DNA of 64,000 nucleotides from Botryllus schlosseri (GCA_051294905.1 CM119372.1:13642001-13706000); one strand, 5' to 3'; positions 29,629 to 42,500 are shown, counted from the stretch's first letter. Translations and numbers: made by a program. The notes: a model not told the origin generated them from the letters alone.

Positions 29629-30494
29629 TAGCGATGTCGAACATAAGGCCAGCAGGCCGCATGCGGCCTGCGAAGCAATTCTGAGTAGTTTGAAAAAACC
29701 CTGTATTACCCAGCACATTTTCTAACAAATGTTGAGATATTATTGTAAGAAATGCTTCCCGCAAGGCCACAAATGTCAAGATCATAGACCGTAATATAAT
29801 TATCCGACAGTGGTGTTATGGTTTTACTCTAGTCGTCATCAGGAACAAGTTGGTGATACTGACATCCAATTCCAAAAACTCCAACTGTGCACACTGAGTT
29901 CATATTTTTATGAAGAAATGAGCCAAAAAGTAGTTATTCGTGAAGTGAAAAAAAGCTGTTATATGCAGGTCGCATGGAGAATATAATAGTTAAAAAAATA
30001 CAATTCAAATATATTTGGTCGCACTGCTGTATCACTTCTACTCAAAGGCCCCAGACAGACAGAGAAACCCGAATGACGATTAATAATGAGCCAAATTCTA
30101 ACGTCTGGTTTACAATTAAATCACTTGTGTTCCTTAAAGCGCATACGATGAGTTAACGGCAGTTTACGATTAAAGCAAAGGGTGCATACAAATATGTCAG
30201 CTTATTCCGTGGTTGAAGTCAGTGTTTAAGCGGTTGAATTCAAACGATCAATCTTTGAATTTTTGCCAAACTTCCGTTGTTTGCGAGTAAAGGTGCTGCT
30301 AGAATATATCCATATGATATGATCGTGAATGTTATGTAATATACCAAAATGTATACAGGATTGATAATAAACTATTCAAGCGAAAAGTAAGGTCGGGCGT
30401 TTTGATGTACCGTAACATTTTGGAATGATTTGACTGATCCGGCCCGCGAGCGGTTTGTAAGTTTGAATCTGGCCAGTGACGCAAGTTGAGTTTG
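29629..30494. mobile_element. hAT-type MITE
   Basis: GCCTAGGA on both sides (29621-29628, 30495-30502); GGCCGCATGCGGCC subterminal motif; right TIR partly deleted. Confidence 0.6.
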
Positions 30495-30652
30495 GCCTAG
30501 GACTTCGTACCTGAATCATCTGGCACTTCTTCGATGGCAGTCAGACATCGAAAAGTGTTCACCATGATCACCGATGAATGTTTTCCATGAACACGAAAAA
30601 AAAATTATAAACGTCAAAATATATTTTTTTTTGTGCCTTTCGAAAGACGAAT

Positions 30653-31081
30653 GTTAGGGTTGGGGTGGGGGGTCTTAGGGTGGGGGAAAGGGGGATATTA
30701 GGGTTGTCGGAGGCGATATTAGTGTTAGGATTGGTGGATGGGGATATTAGGGTTGGCGGAGGGGATATTAGTGTTAGGATTGGTGGATATTAGTGTTAGG
30801 ATTGGTGGATAGTAATATTAGGGTTGGGGTATGGGGGGTATTAGGGTGGGGGAAAGGGGGATATTAGGGTTGGCGGAGGGGATATTAGTGTTAGGATTGG
30901 TGGATGGGGATATTAGGGTTGGCGGAGGGGATATTAGTGTTAGGATTGGTGGATATTAGTGTTAGGATTGGTGGATAGGGATATTAGGGTTGTGGTGGGG
31001 GAAAGGGGGATATTAGGGTTGGCGGAGGGGACATTAGTGTTAGGATTGGTGGATAGTAATATTAGGGTTGGGGGAGGGGGA
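30653..31081 (+). repeat. G-rich TTAGGG-containing minisatellite, left arm
   Basis: Variants of a ~49-bp unit ATTAGGGTTGGCGGAGGGGATATTAGTGTTAGGATTGGTGGATGGGGAT. Confidence 0.9.
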
Positions 31082-31083
31082 GA

Positions 31084-31137
31084 TAGCGTAGTCGTAACGA
31101 TAAGCGCCCACCAATCTGGCGGACCCGGTTCGATTCC
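31084..31137 (+). promoter_or_regulatory. tRNA-derived Pol III A/B box cassette (SINE head) inside the TIR; mirror copy at about 34801-34854 (-)
   Basis: TAGCGTAGTCGT (A-box-like) and GGTTCGATTCC (B box, 31127-31137), followed by TCGGAGGTTTATGTGGGCTCCTC, which is shared with other SINEs in the window. Confidence 0.6.
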
Positions 31138-34100
31138 CGTCGGAGGTTTATGTGGGCTCCTCTTCCCTCGCCGTTGCCGCTCTTACGGAGACAAAAAAGA
31201 CCAACGAAAGAAAGCACTCACAAGGAATGGAAAGAACTAGTAGAAAGGACCGCGGCTTCAATAAGATCAACATCGAAATGAACTGCGACATCGGGCACGG
31301 CTTCGATAAGATCAACATAGAAAAGAACTGCGACATCGGGCACTCTAGACCGAGGTGGAAATTAGATTAAAAGGATCGCAACTGCATGCGTGTCGTTCGA
31401 CATCCTCCTATCTGCTCATTACATCGCATTTTGTCTTATCGCATGTACATTGTGTGTGACTTGTTCAGATGAAACATATAACCCAACGATTAATAATATG
31501 ATATTATTACTATTAGGGTTGAGGTGGGGAATGTTAGGGTCCATTCATTACATTCAGCACCAATTACCATCCGTTCAAAAGATACATATTTTCCAATTGC
31601 CAAGACAGAAAGTATCGAATCTTTCATTCGAGCACGGGGTTAGATCGTTCTAGTTCATTACAAAACTGATTCAAATATAAGCGAGTGATTAATATGATGC
31701 CTATTGAATCAATAGGTTACGTCAATTCACGCGGAGTCATCATTACAAACGATGGAAAAACATAAGCGGGTGAATTCAAGCCTGCAGGCTCGTGCCGCTA
31801 GGACATACTTTGCGATAGGTGATGCTGGAGCAAACTGATGATAATCAGTATGTTGATATTTCATCCTTTCGAATACACGAAAAGATTGCGATTGAACGAA
31901 AAAATTGGAAGGTATTGAAACGATATTTAGTAGTCGTTGAAACCGGACATTCGGACACCACACTTCCTGTAGCCATAAGACAATGTAAAGAGGCACTTAC
32001 GTCGTTGTAGCCTTGTAGGATGGGCAGTTGGACACTGAATATAAAGTAACAGAAGTGATGGGATGATAGCCTAATGAAGTGGCATGTTTCGGAATGATGG
32101 GCCGATATATCAAATTGAGATTTGAATGTGGACGTTCTTGACGACTGTCGGGATGGCCTTCGAGGCTTTTAGCGATGTCTTTCCCAAACTTATTTCCACG
32201 GCGTATTTCAATATCGAATATATTTTACATATAGATAGAAAGTCTCGAATCGAGAGGTGAAGTCAATACACGCATTCATGGTTAACACGACCATATGGAA
32301 TTAGAGATAACTGACCTACCGTATGTTAGTTAATTATCTATAATGGAATCAAGATTATATAGGCTTGCATCGCTGGGATAGAGATTGACCTTAATAATGT
32401 TATAGTGGACCGGACTTTCTGCCAGCACGTGAACGACCAACTGAGGCAAGGCGATATATACCCTTCGAAGAATGATGATCTTCATCGGAATCCATTGTGA
32501 CACACAGAAAACGAATGTCATCAGAAAATTGGCACTAGCCAACCCAATATTGCATAATGACATATTCAAACTTATCTATAGTATACGTCCATAATATATT
32601 TAGGTCGATAGAACGTAATTGGGCTACCGCTACGGTCAATTCTAATGTCTATTGCGTGCTACACGATAAAGGCGCGGTATGTCTTGGTGAACGGGACTTT
32701 GGAATGTTCATTGCCAACCTAATAATATTGATTTTCTCGACGGCAAATTGAAAGTTCAAAATTATCTGGCTGGACGTCTCTGAACTACCAGTAGGCAAAA
32801 CTACTCTTCAAAATATTGTGAAGTATACACAGTAGAGATCGTGTACAACTTAGTACACACGCAGAATCAACTTGTCATGAAAATACATACCGCATAGGCT
32901 ATTTATCGTGTATCATACAATACTCATTAGGATTGATTGTGAATGCTGCATGGCATCAACTGTATTTGTACTGCGTCTGCTTCACAAGTTGTGTAGGAGT
33001 ATATTTACCAATAGTTTGAAAGAATAGTTTTGGCTACTGGTCATTCAACGACGTCTATCCCGATACTTTTCAACTTTCAATTTGCCGTCGAGAAAATCGA
33101 AATTATTAAGTCCCGTTCGCCAAGACATTGTTATCTATAATTCCATATGCTCGTGTTCTTCCATGAATGCGTGCATTCACTGTAAAAACTGGGCCCACCT
33201 TTAAAGGAGGATACAAAAATAGCTGTCACCAAAAATGGTAGGCATGCCAACCATCCAGTCCAGTTTTTGAGAGTCTGTAAAATATTCAATGTTAGGTCAT
33301 AAGTTGATCATTGAAAACATATCCGATAACATTAAAGGGTGGCTATCAGAGGTAGTATAATTGACGAAGTACTATGTCTGGAAATATTCCTCTACTTCCA
33401 TTCCTCCATAGTTTTTATGTGTTGAAACTTTGTACTGTTTCGCTACTTATACTCCAAGCAATTTAAGAACGTTTTCAAAAGGACTACTTCTACTCGTACT
33501 TGAGTTGATTTTAGCTTCCTTTTCTAAGAGATGCCATAGGACGTACGGCACTTATCAAATATTTGGCGTTTTCCATTGAATGAAATATAGAAATAGTAGT
33601 ATGGAAACAGCTTACACATAAGCTTTCTGATGTAATCTGGAACATTTCCTAATTTTGTCAGGCATTGAGCCGAGCTGGACACTTTTCCTGCGATTATTCT
33701 TGGTAGATCAACTCTACAAAGGTCTTCAATGCAACCAGCAGTATGGCAGAGTATTTTCAATTCTTCGAGGATCTGGAAAGAATTTAGCTATTGATACTAT
33801 CGATGTAAGATTAGGATTCAAGATCTTACCCAGCGTGCCTCCACAAGAAGGGGATATTGTTCCAAGACATCTCTGGTTGTCACTTCTGTTACTTTATATT
33901 CAGTGTCCAACTGCCCATCCTACAAGGCTACAACGACGTAAGTGCCTCTTTACACTGTCTTATGGCTACAGGAAGTGTGGTGTCCGAATGTCCGGTTTCA
34001 ACGACTACTAAATATCGTTTCAATACCTTCCAATTTTTTCGTTCAATCGCAATCTTTTCGTGTATTCGAAAGGATGAAATATCAACATACTGATTATCAT

Positions 34101-34856
34101 CAGTTTGCTCCAGCATCACCTATCGCAAAGTATGTCCTAGCGGCACGAGCCTGCAGGCTTGAATTCACCCGCTTATGTTTTTCCATCGTTTGTAATGATG
34201 ACTCCGCGTGAATTGACGTAACCTATTGATTCAATAGGCATCATATTAATCACTCGCTTATATTTGAATCAGTTTTGTAATGAACTAGAACGATCTAACC
34301 CCGTGCTCGAATGAAAGATTCGATACTTTCTGTCTTGGCAATTGGAAAATATGTATCTTTTGAACGGATGGTAATGGGTGCTGAATGTAATGAATGGACC
34401 CTAACATTCCCCACCTCAACCCTAATAGTAATAATATCATATTATTAATCGTTGGGTTATATGTTTCATCTGAACAAGTCACACACAATGTACATGCGAT
34501 AAGACAAAATGCGATGTAATGAGCAGATAGGAGGATGTCGAACGACACGCATGCAGTTGCGATCCTTTTAATCTAATTTCCACCTCGGTCTAGAGTGCCC
34601 GATGTCGCAGTTCTTTTCTATGTTGATCTTATCGAAGCCGTGCCCGATGTCGCAGTTCATTTCGATGTTGATCTTATTGAAGCCGCGGTCCTTTCTACTA
34701 GTTCTTTCCATTCCTTGTGAGTGCTTTCTTTCGTTGGTCTTTTTTGTCTCCGTAAGAGCGGCAACGGCGAGGGAAGAGGAGCCCACATAAACCTCCGACG
34801 GGAATCGAACCGGGTCCGCCAGATTGGTGGGCGCTTATCGTTACGACTACGCTATC

Positions 34857-35572
34857 TCCCCCTCCCCCAACCCTAATATTACTATCCACCAATCCTAACA
34901 CTAATGTCCCCTCCGCCAACCCTAATATCCCCATCCACCAATCCTAACACTAATGTCCCCTCCGCCAACCCTAATATCCCCATCCACCAATCCTAACACT
35001 AATATCCCCTCCGCCAACCCTAATATCCCCATCCACCAATCCTAACACTAATATCCCCTCCGCCAACCCTAATATCCCCCTTTCCCCCACCCTAATACCC
35101 CCCACCCCAACCCTAATATTACTATCCACCAATCCTAACACTAATATCCACCAATCCTAACACTAATATCCCCTCCGCCAACCCTAATATCCCCATCCAC
35201 CAATCCTTACACTAATATCCCCTCCGCCAACCCTAATATCGCCCTTTCCCCCACCCCAACCCTAATATTACTATCCACCAATCCTAACACTAATATCCAC
35301 CAATCCTAACACTAATATCCCCTCCGCCAACCCTAATATCCCCATCCACCAATCCTAACACTAATATCCCCTCCGCCAACCCTAATATCGCCCTTTCCTC
35401 CACCCTAATACCCCCCACCCCAACCCTAATATCCCTATCCACCAATCCTAACCCTAATATCCCCTCCGCCAACCCTAATATCCCCATCCACCAATCCTAA
35501 CACTAATATCGCCTCCGACAACCCTAATATCCCCCTTTCCCCCACCCTAAGACCCCCCACCCCAACCCTAAC
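34857..35572 (-). repeat. Same minisatellite, right arm, with more units
   Basis: Reverse-complement array about 290 bp longer than the left copy. Confidence 0.9.
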
Positions 35573-37422
35573 ATTCGTCTTTCGAAAGGCACAAAAAAAA
35601 AATATTTTGACGTTTATAATTTTTTTTTCGTGTTCATGGAAAACATTCATCGGTGATCATGGTGAACACTTTTCGATGTCTGACTGCCATCGAAGAAGTG
35701 CCAATCATCTTTTCCAGCGTGATTGCAAACTTTTCTGGCAATACTCCTTTGCATCGCACGTCCAATGTATTTCGCACGGCATCGTGCTAGAAGCGAGAGG
35801 CGAAATGATCCCTTTCTATCACATAAGCATTCGACGTCATGATTCATAATGCCATAACGCTTCAATTTTCGTGTAGTTCAATGTCAGAAAATGTAATACA
35901 TTCTTATAAGCCATAGCTTCTGTTCACCATTAAACTGTAACGAAAATACATACGTCTTCAGAAACAGGACTGAGAATAACTTGCCAGATTTGAGCTCGGA
36001 TACTGCTATACCTACAATATCTGCTATCAACACCTGGAATATTCTAAAGCTAAAGTTAAGCTGTGGCTTCGAAACCCTCAATATCTTACAGCAACGCATC
36101 TTGTTATTATCCAATACGAAAACATCGCGTCGATATAATATCTGTCTCGGAACATTCAGCCGCACGTGCTCAGGCTCAGATATGTCTGACGTCTGACGCC
36201 ACTATGTCTGGAATATGTATGACGTCACAATGTACTGTTCGCTCGAACAGCTACGAATTCATGATCAAACAATTCACAAGGCCATTCGCAGGAAAAAGGT
36301 AAAGGACGTCTACTACTCTCGTCTCAATGGCAAAGGAGCATGGCAGCTAAACACCAGCTCCAGTGTTTCGATATATAGTTTGCATCATACATGCGTGTCT
36401 ACAATGGTGGCAGAACTGGTCCAACAGATAATTACACAAAATATCATACCTGCAGTAAAACTACATAACATACCAAATTCGCTTGCCATGCTACTATTGC
36501 TAGACCTTGATGTCTCAAAGGATACTATTTTTAAAGCGATAAAGACGATGGTATCTGCAATGCCCAAATGTTCGGATACCATTCACCGATTAGCAATCAG
36601 CACGGCCATCGATGTCGTAATTTGGTTGATGATTGAAACATGATGTAATAACGAAAATCATATATATATATATATTATATATGTCCATAAGACCGTAAGC
36701 GTGTAAAATGAACGAATTGTGAGTTCAATAGCAATGTTGCAAATAATGATTATCCAGTAAATCGCTTTTACGAATGCAAAAGTAAATCCGGAATACTTAT
36801 TATCCAGTAAATTGCTTTTACAAATCCAAAAGTAAATCTGAAATACTGGTTATCCCGTAAATTGCTTCTACGAATTCAATCTGTAATTTTTTTACCCTCT
36901 AAAAACAAGTAAATTTACTTTTGACGTGCCCGTATATTAATTTAACGGGCATTTACCGTTAATATAACTGACGGGACAAATTTACCGGTATAATTTGGGT
37001 AAATCTACGAATATTTCTAAGAGTGTAAGTATCCAATGTATATAAACGTTCATAAATTATGAGATATCATAAATATAGACATTATAGACATTGGATACGT
37101 AGTCTCACTTTATCCGACGGTAGAACAACGTATAGTATGCCCGATGGGCATGTTGGGTGCTGGTACGTGCTGGTCGTGTTACGTACGACTTTACACTTGC
37201 CTATAAATGCGTGATACTGAAACATCACCAAACACTGATCGTGTAAAATCGTTATTGAAATAAAGCTGTAGTTCTACGATGGAGTTGAAGATGTACAAGA
37301 ATTTCCTACCGTTTTTTATAATGCTCCAAGCTGGCTTCGGAAAAAGTTTGACAGGTAAGCAAAATGCAGGAAAATATTCATTTTGCCGCAGTTGGATTGG
37401 ATTTACTGTGACAGTCGCTATG

Positions 37423-39559
37423 CAGTGGTCGGGAACCTTTTTTGTCCGAAGAGCCATATTAGCCCTATTTTTTCCGTTTTAACTCCCAAAGAGCCATACA
37501 TGTCAATCAACTCTTACGTCACAATTAAAAATTCGTGACGTCATGGTAGCATTGATTCCAACTCACTACATGGGATTCGTCGTGTAAGCCACATTGTCTC
37601 TATAAAACTCGTACTAATCATGCTGGCTGTCTTATTTAAGCATGTGAAACTTGAGTTACGAGAACGTATAGGTTTGGGTAGGGTATGCATTGAAATTGAT
37701 TTCTGAGAATCCGAATCCATCCGACAGCTTGAGTCTCTGAGGAGCTATCCGTCCGAATCCGAACAATCTCATCCGAATATCCATGCGAATCCTAAAAATT
37801 TCGTACAGAATCCGGAAAATCCTAATAGAATAACTTTTACGAAGAATCCCGATTGTACAGCGGAGCTAAGATACATTTAGGGCGTAGCCTTTACAAAGTC
37901 TATTCCCATAGTTGGCTGATTTATATTTGCTTGGATCTTCGACGGACCAACTTTAGAGTGCTACTTTTATCACAACGGGTACATTGTCCGTTTTGGTTGT
38001 CGAGCTAACGAATTATCTTTTGACTTGAAATCAAAAGTCACGTCAGGTCAAAACTATCCAATAGTATTCGAAGCAAAGTTACAACTATCCGATAAAATCC
38101 GACACAAAATCTGCAATAGAATCCGAATCCAATCCGACAGTCTAAAAATTGTGCAAAATCCGGTCCGAATCATATATCCGAATCCGTCCGACGCTAATCA
38201 CTGGTAGGGCTGGGCAAACTCGAGTACCTGATTGATTCGATTCTGAATCACGTAATATGCTTCGAGCGAGTCGAGTAATCGGACAGACTATAACGGAATA
38301 TAAAACGTAAACGTTCAAATATGTACCGTTTATGCTATACCGCAAAGAATAAATGCCCGTTATCCATCTCATAAATGATACTTGGGTATTTTTGACCATA
38401 CTGATTCAATTCCACTTGGTGACAATATTGTGGGATAATCATGACTTCGGAAATGTGGTACGTCCAGTAAACTTCGTAGCTTTGTATTATATGTTTCGTG
38501 CGCTACGATACCGTCAATCAATTAAGGTTTCAAGGCTTTAACAGTGAAAATTGGCATCGAAGCTTTAATTCTCGTTGATAAATTAACTTTCAGTAGCAAG
38601 AAGCGTATAATTCACCTACTCAAAAAAAATCGTCTTTTACTACTCGACTCGAATCCTTAAAATTATTACTCGATTCAGATTCGACGAGTACTCGAATCAT
38701 TGTGCCCAGCCCTAGTAGGGAGTCAGTTGAGGCAGTACCTCACCTGTCGTCAAGATGAGTGAACGAAAATTGTGAAACCTTCAATTATTATTGATATTTT
38801 CTATCGATGTTCATGAATGACAAGATTTTGAACATTTTTTTCCGAAAATCACACAATTTGCATATTTATTGTTCGAAAATAAAGCGCGAAATGAGAGGTA
38901 AGGCACAGACCGGCCAAGCCTCACCATTGATAACGCAATTCCTCGTAAATAGCTTAGAATTTATTAAAACTGATATTAATCAAATGTAACTGTCGCACTG
39001 ATTCCGAAAATCTAAATGCTTATCGACTCCTCAATTCTCAAAGTATTCGGCGGTAACATATTACTTACCAGTCAAGATCATGGACGGCTATGACGTTGTT
39101 TGTAATTCGAGTTTGTAATTGTAAATGTCACGAACACGGCAGTTCATTTCGCGCCGTAGATCAGGAAGACAATGTATCTTTTAAAACTGCGTTGTCATAT
39201 GGACATCGTCATGTTTGCTATTCTCTTTGATCAATCAAAGTATCGTGCAATCCAAGATTTAGAGTCGGGTACATTGAATTTGCGCGTGATATTGGTCGCC
39301 GTCGCGACAGTAACTTAAATTTGAGGATTTCAAAAAGAGGGGTTCCAAGCCCCTAAACCTGAAGCCGGCATTGTCTTTACCTCACAATGACATGTTTTTA
39401 TTGCCACGAGAAAAAATTATTCTGGCCGTGATGAAAATTTACTATCAAGTTGCTGCAATATTGATCACTTCAGTACAAGAATAACTATTTGGCAAAGAGC
39501 CATATCTTATACCCAAAAGAGCCATATATGGCTCGCGAGCCATAGGTTCCCGACCACTG
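37423..39559. mobile_element. Non-autonomous hAT element with nested MITEs (AATCCG-repeat element ending at 38203; ACTCGA element at 38205-38714)
   Basis: CAGTGGTCGGGAACCT...AGGTTCCCGACCACTG with GAGCCAT subterminal motifs and CGCTAT flanks. Inner element ends TAGGGCTGGGCA...TGCCCAGCCCTA. Confidence 0.75.
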
Positions 39560-42500
39560 CGCTATAGGATACAATGTATTTCCTATACTGACAAAATGCG
39601 AGTCCATTATTCGTGATGGCTTCGGCGGTCACATCGCTCTCATTTCCCCATCGCCATACCTCCCAGCGTTGCTGCAATTTCCTGTCATGACTGCTGTGCC
39701 TTTGGTAATGCGCCGTTCTTAATTATTCGTTGTATGCGTGCGTTCTGCGAACAGTGTGTCCTATATAAGCCAATGACCTTTTCACTAAGTATCGCAATCA
39801 TCATCATCATCGATAATATTTGCTGCTCACGGCTGATCCCCACAAAGCACGCTAAATATGTTTGAAATGTCGCCAAATTCATCCCTAATCGCAAGGCCAG
39901 TGGTTCTCAAACTGAGGGGCGCGCCTCCCTTGGGGGTGTGAAAGCATCTGAAGGGGGTGCGAAGTCGCCTGTGAGTCGTATCATCTATACACCAATGCTA
40001 GATTGTGATTGATACCACCGGCATTGGTCCGATCAGAATATGTCTCTGAATTAGGAGTAACTATATATGGTGGATGCGTGACTGCTGTAGGGGTGCTAAC
40101 TGATGCTTTTAGGGTCTGTCTGTCAAGTAACTGTGCAGAGTGCGTAGAAGGCCATGCCATATGCCATGTATAAGTAATTTTATAACAGCAGAAAATCGGA
40201 GGTGGTCAAAGTAGTCAAGACAGTTACTCCAGCTCTCTTGGTGGAGGCTTACCCGGGTAATGCCGGAGCGAGAGTCGAGCGGAAGCTGGGTGGCAAAGAT
40301 CCACCCATGTCCTAACATGGAGACGTAAAACTCATGTTCCCTAGAGATGGACTAACAATCCACCCTAGAGGTTACTATTGTTTGCGAACCTAAAACGAAT
40401 GAAAAGGGGAGTGCCGTTGCGCCCCCTAGCAGTAGTACCGCGGAGCAGCCCGAGGGCTATACTGCGTTCCCAGATTGTGGCCAAGTCTACAAGATCAGGG
40501 GACTGAACGTCCACATGCGAGCGAAACATCCAGCCATCTTCCACAGCGAGCAAGCACCTGACCCAACTCAGAAGCAAATGCTGCCTTCTTGTCGGATGGA
40601 TGAAGGTGCTGGAGCCGTGTCCATGGACCACCAATGGTCCGATGACCTAAACGCCGCGATAGGCGATAACTCATTCGAGGTGTTTTGTCTAGCCGACATC
40701 GTCCCAGGCAGCCCGGAGAACCAACATCTCGTGGACATTGAATACTGTAAGGTATTTGGGGACAAACCCATGAGAGACCGCGCAGCCAGAATACCACCTC
40801 CCCCCCCCCCCCCGTAAAAGGCAAGAAGGCGCTGGCAGTACTGGCGTTGCCAGAACAAATACATCCGCGACCGGGGCAAATGTGCACGCTGGATCCTATC
40901 CGGCGATTATATGGATTCGCATCAAGTGCGACTCCAACTTTCCAGAGCTGAGAGGTGTTGGCGGCAGATTTTCGAGCGTGGCTCCGAGGCTGATAACAGG
41001 ACTCCGGAACCCCTGAATCCCCCGGTGTGTGATCTGGTCCAACCAATCGAGAGACTAGAGTTCGATGCTGCGTTACAATCGATGAGATCTTCGGCCCATG
41101 GACCATATGGGATGACAGTGGAGGAGCTCAAGAGCCTTAATAGGGAAACCTTGCGAGCTAACTATAACTTATGGCTACTCGCTGGATGCCCACCAGCAGC
41201 AGCAATCACGATCCTGATACCAAAAGTGAAAGCAGCGGAGGACCCGGCATAATATCGCCCGATCACCACGGAAAACATGAATCTCCGATGTTTCCATCGA
41301 ATCCTGGCTAAGAGGCTGGAGTCCGGGTTCAAACTCGACCCTAGACAAAAAGCCTTCACTGCAGGGGACGGCCTCATGCATAATACCTATCTGCTACAGA
41401 GTATGATTGGATATGCGAGAGAGCAAAGGAAGCAATTGTGTCTCGTATCGATAGATCTCGCAAAGGCCTTTGATTCGGTGTCACAAGAATCCGTTCTTGC
41501 TGCATCGCGCAGGTTGGGAGCTGCGGCACCCTTTCTTGCCTATGTCAAAGCATTCTATGACGGGATCTCGACACGCTTATGCGTCTCCGGGAGATGATCA
41601 GAAATTATCAAAACCCGGTCGGGTGTAAGGCAAGGAGACCCAACATCGGGCTCTCTTTTCAACAAAGTCATTGACTGGTGTCTGTCCTCACTCGATAGCG
41701 AATTGGATTTTCGCATCGGCGATGTCCGTGTACCATAGGCTACATGGCATTCGCTGATGACATAATCCTGACAGCTACAAGCCCAAGGCGCTGCAGGCGC
41801 AGCTAGCCACGCTAGAAAAGGAATTGATGACATGCGGGCTTAACATCAACCCGCAGAATTGTATGAGCCTGTTTATTCAAACTCATGGGACAAAGAAGAA
41901 CTGGTCCGTAAATCCGCGATCGATCGTGAGAATAGCGGGTAAGTCAGTCAAGGCCATCTCCATGGAGGAGCCATTCAAGTACCTAGGAGTAACCGTGAAT
42001 GCGCGCTGCACCCGAGTGGAAGTGATGGATCGACTGAAAAGGGAACTCGCTGAAACAACGCGAGCCCTCCTGAAACCGCACCAACGGCTCTATATGCTGA
42101 ATATGCATATCGTCCCAGCAATGTACCCCCAACTAGTAGTTGCCAATGCAACGAAGAAGTACCTATGTCAAATAGACAGGGCGATTCGGGAATCGGTGCG
42201 ATACTGGCTAAAGATGCCAAAAGATACACCAAATGCATTCTTCCACGCTACCCAAGCAGACGGCGGGCTCGGGATTGTTTCCCTTATGAGTCAACGGGTG
42301 CCAGTATTGAAAACTCGCTGATTTGCAAAGCTTGAGCAATCAGAAGATCCTGCTATTCAAGCAGTACTTGAATACCGAACAGCTCATGGCCGCTCAATGA
42401 AGCCGACAAACGAAACGACAAAAACACTGGACGAGAAAAACAGATCTGAACTTCTCTCAATGGTGGATGGTCGCTGATTAACAAACGCCGACAACGTCGG

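Larger units (their letters stand above)
30521..35703. mobile_element. 5.2 kb foldback-type element with very long TIRs and a 6-bp TSD
   Basis: Left arm 30521-32058 is the reverse complement of right arm 33880-35703. Ends TGGCACTTC...GAAGTGCCA; ATCATC at 30515-30520 and 35704-35709. No transposase ORF seen. Confidence 0.9.
28920..37025. mobile_element. CACT-ended non-autonomous element (CMC/EnSpm-like) hosting the foldback element
   Basis: CACTGTTAAAAATATTC at the left end and GAATATTTCTAAGAGTG at the right, with TA on both flanks. Subterminal repeats: 3 x CAGCAGTTTTACG..GAGACCAGTAAATT at 28946-29325 and 3 x ~48 bp at 36750-36880. Confidence 0.4.

Noticed and set aside
30653..31081. True or interstitial telomere array
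   Set aside because: TTAGGG occurs only as single hexamers inside a longer minisatellite unit within a TIR; there is no (TTAGGG)n run.
30959..35650. Paired ORFs in the ORF track (e.g. MSFDILL..., MMLEQTDD..., GLGILGL repeats) as genes
   Set aside because: They are short, have no recognisable domain, and are mirrored only because of the inverted arms or minisatellite.
30521..35703. Assembly-generated inverted duplication
   Set aside because: The clean 6-bp TSD, small arm differences and different minisatellite lengths argue for a real insertion. Long reads would still be the proof.
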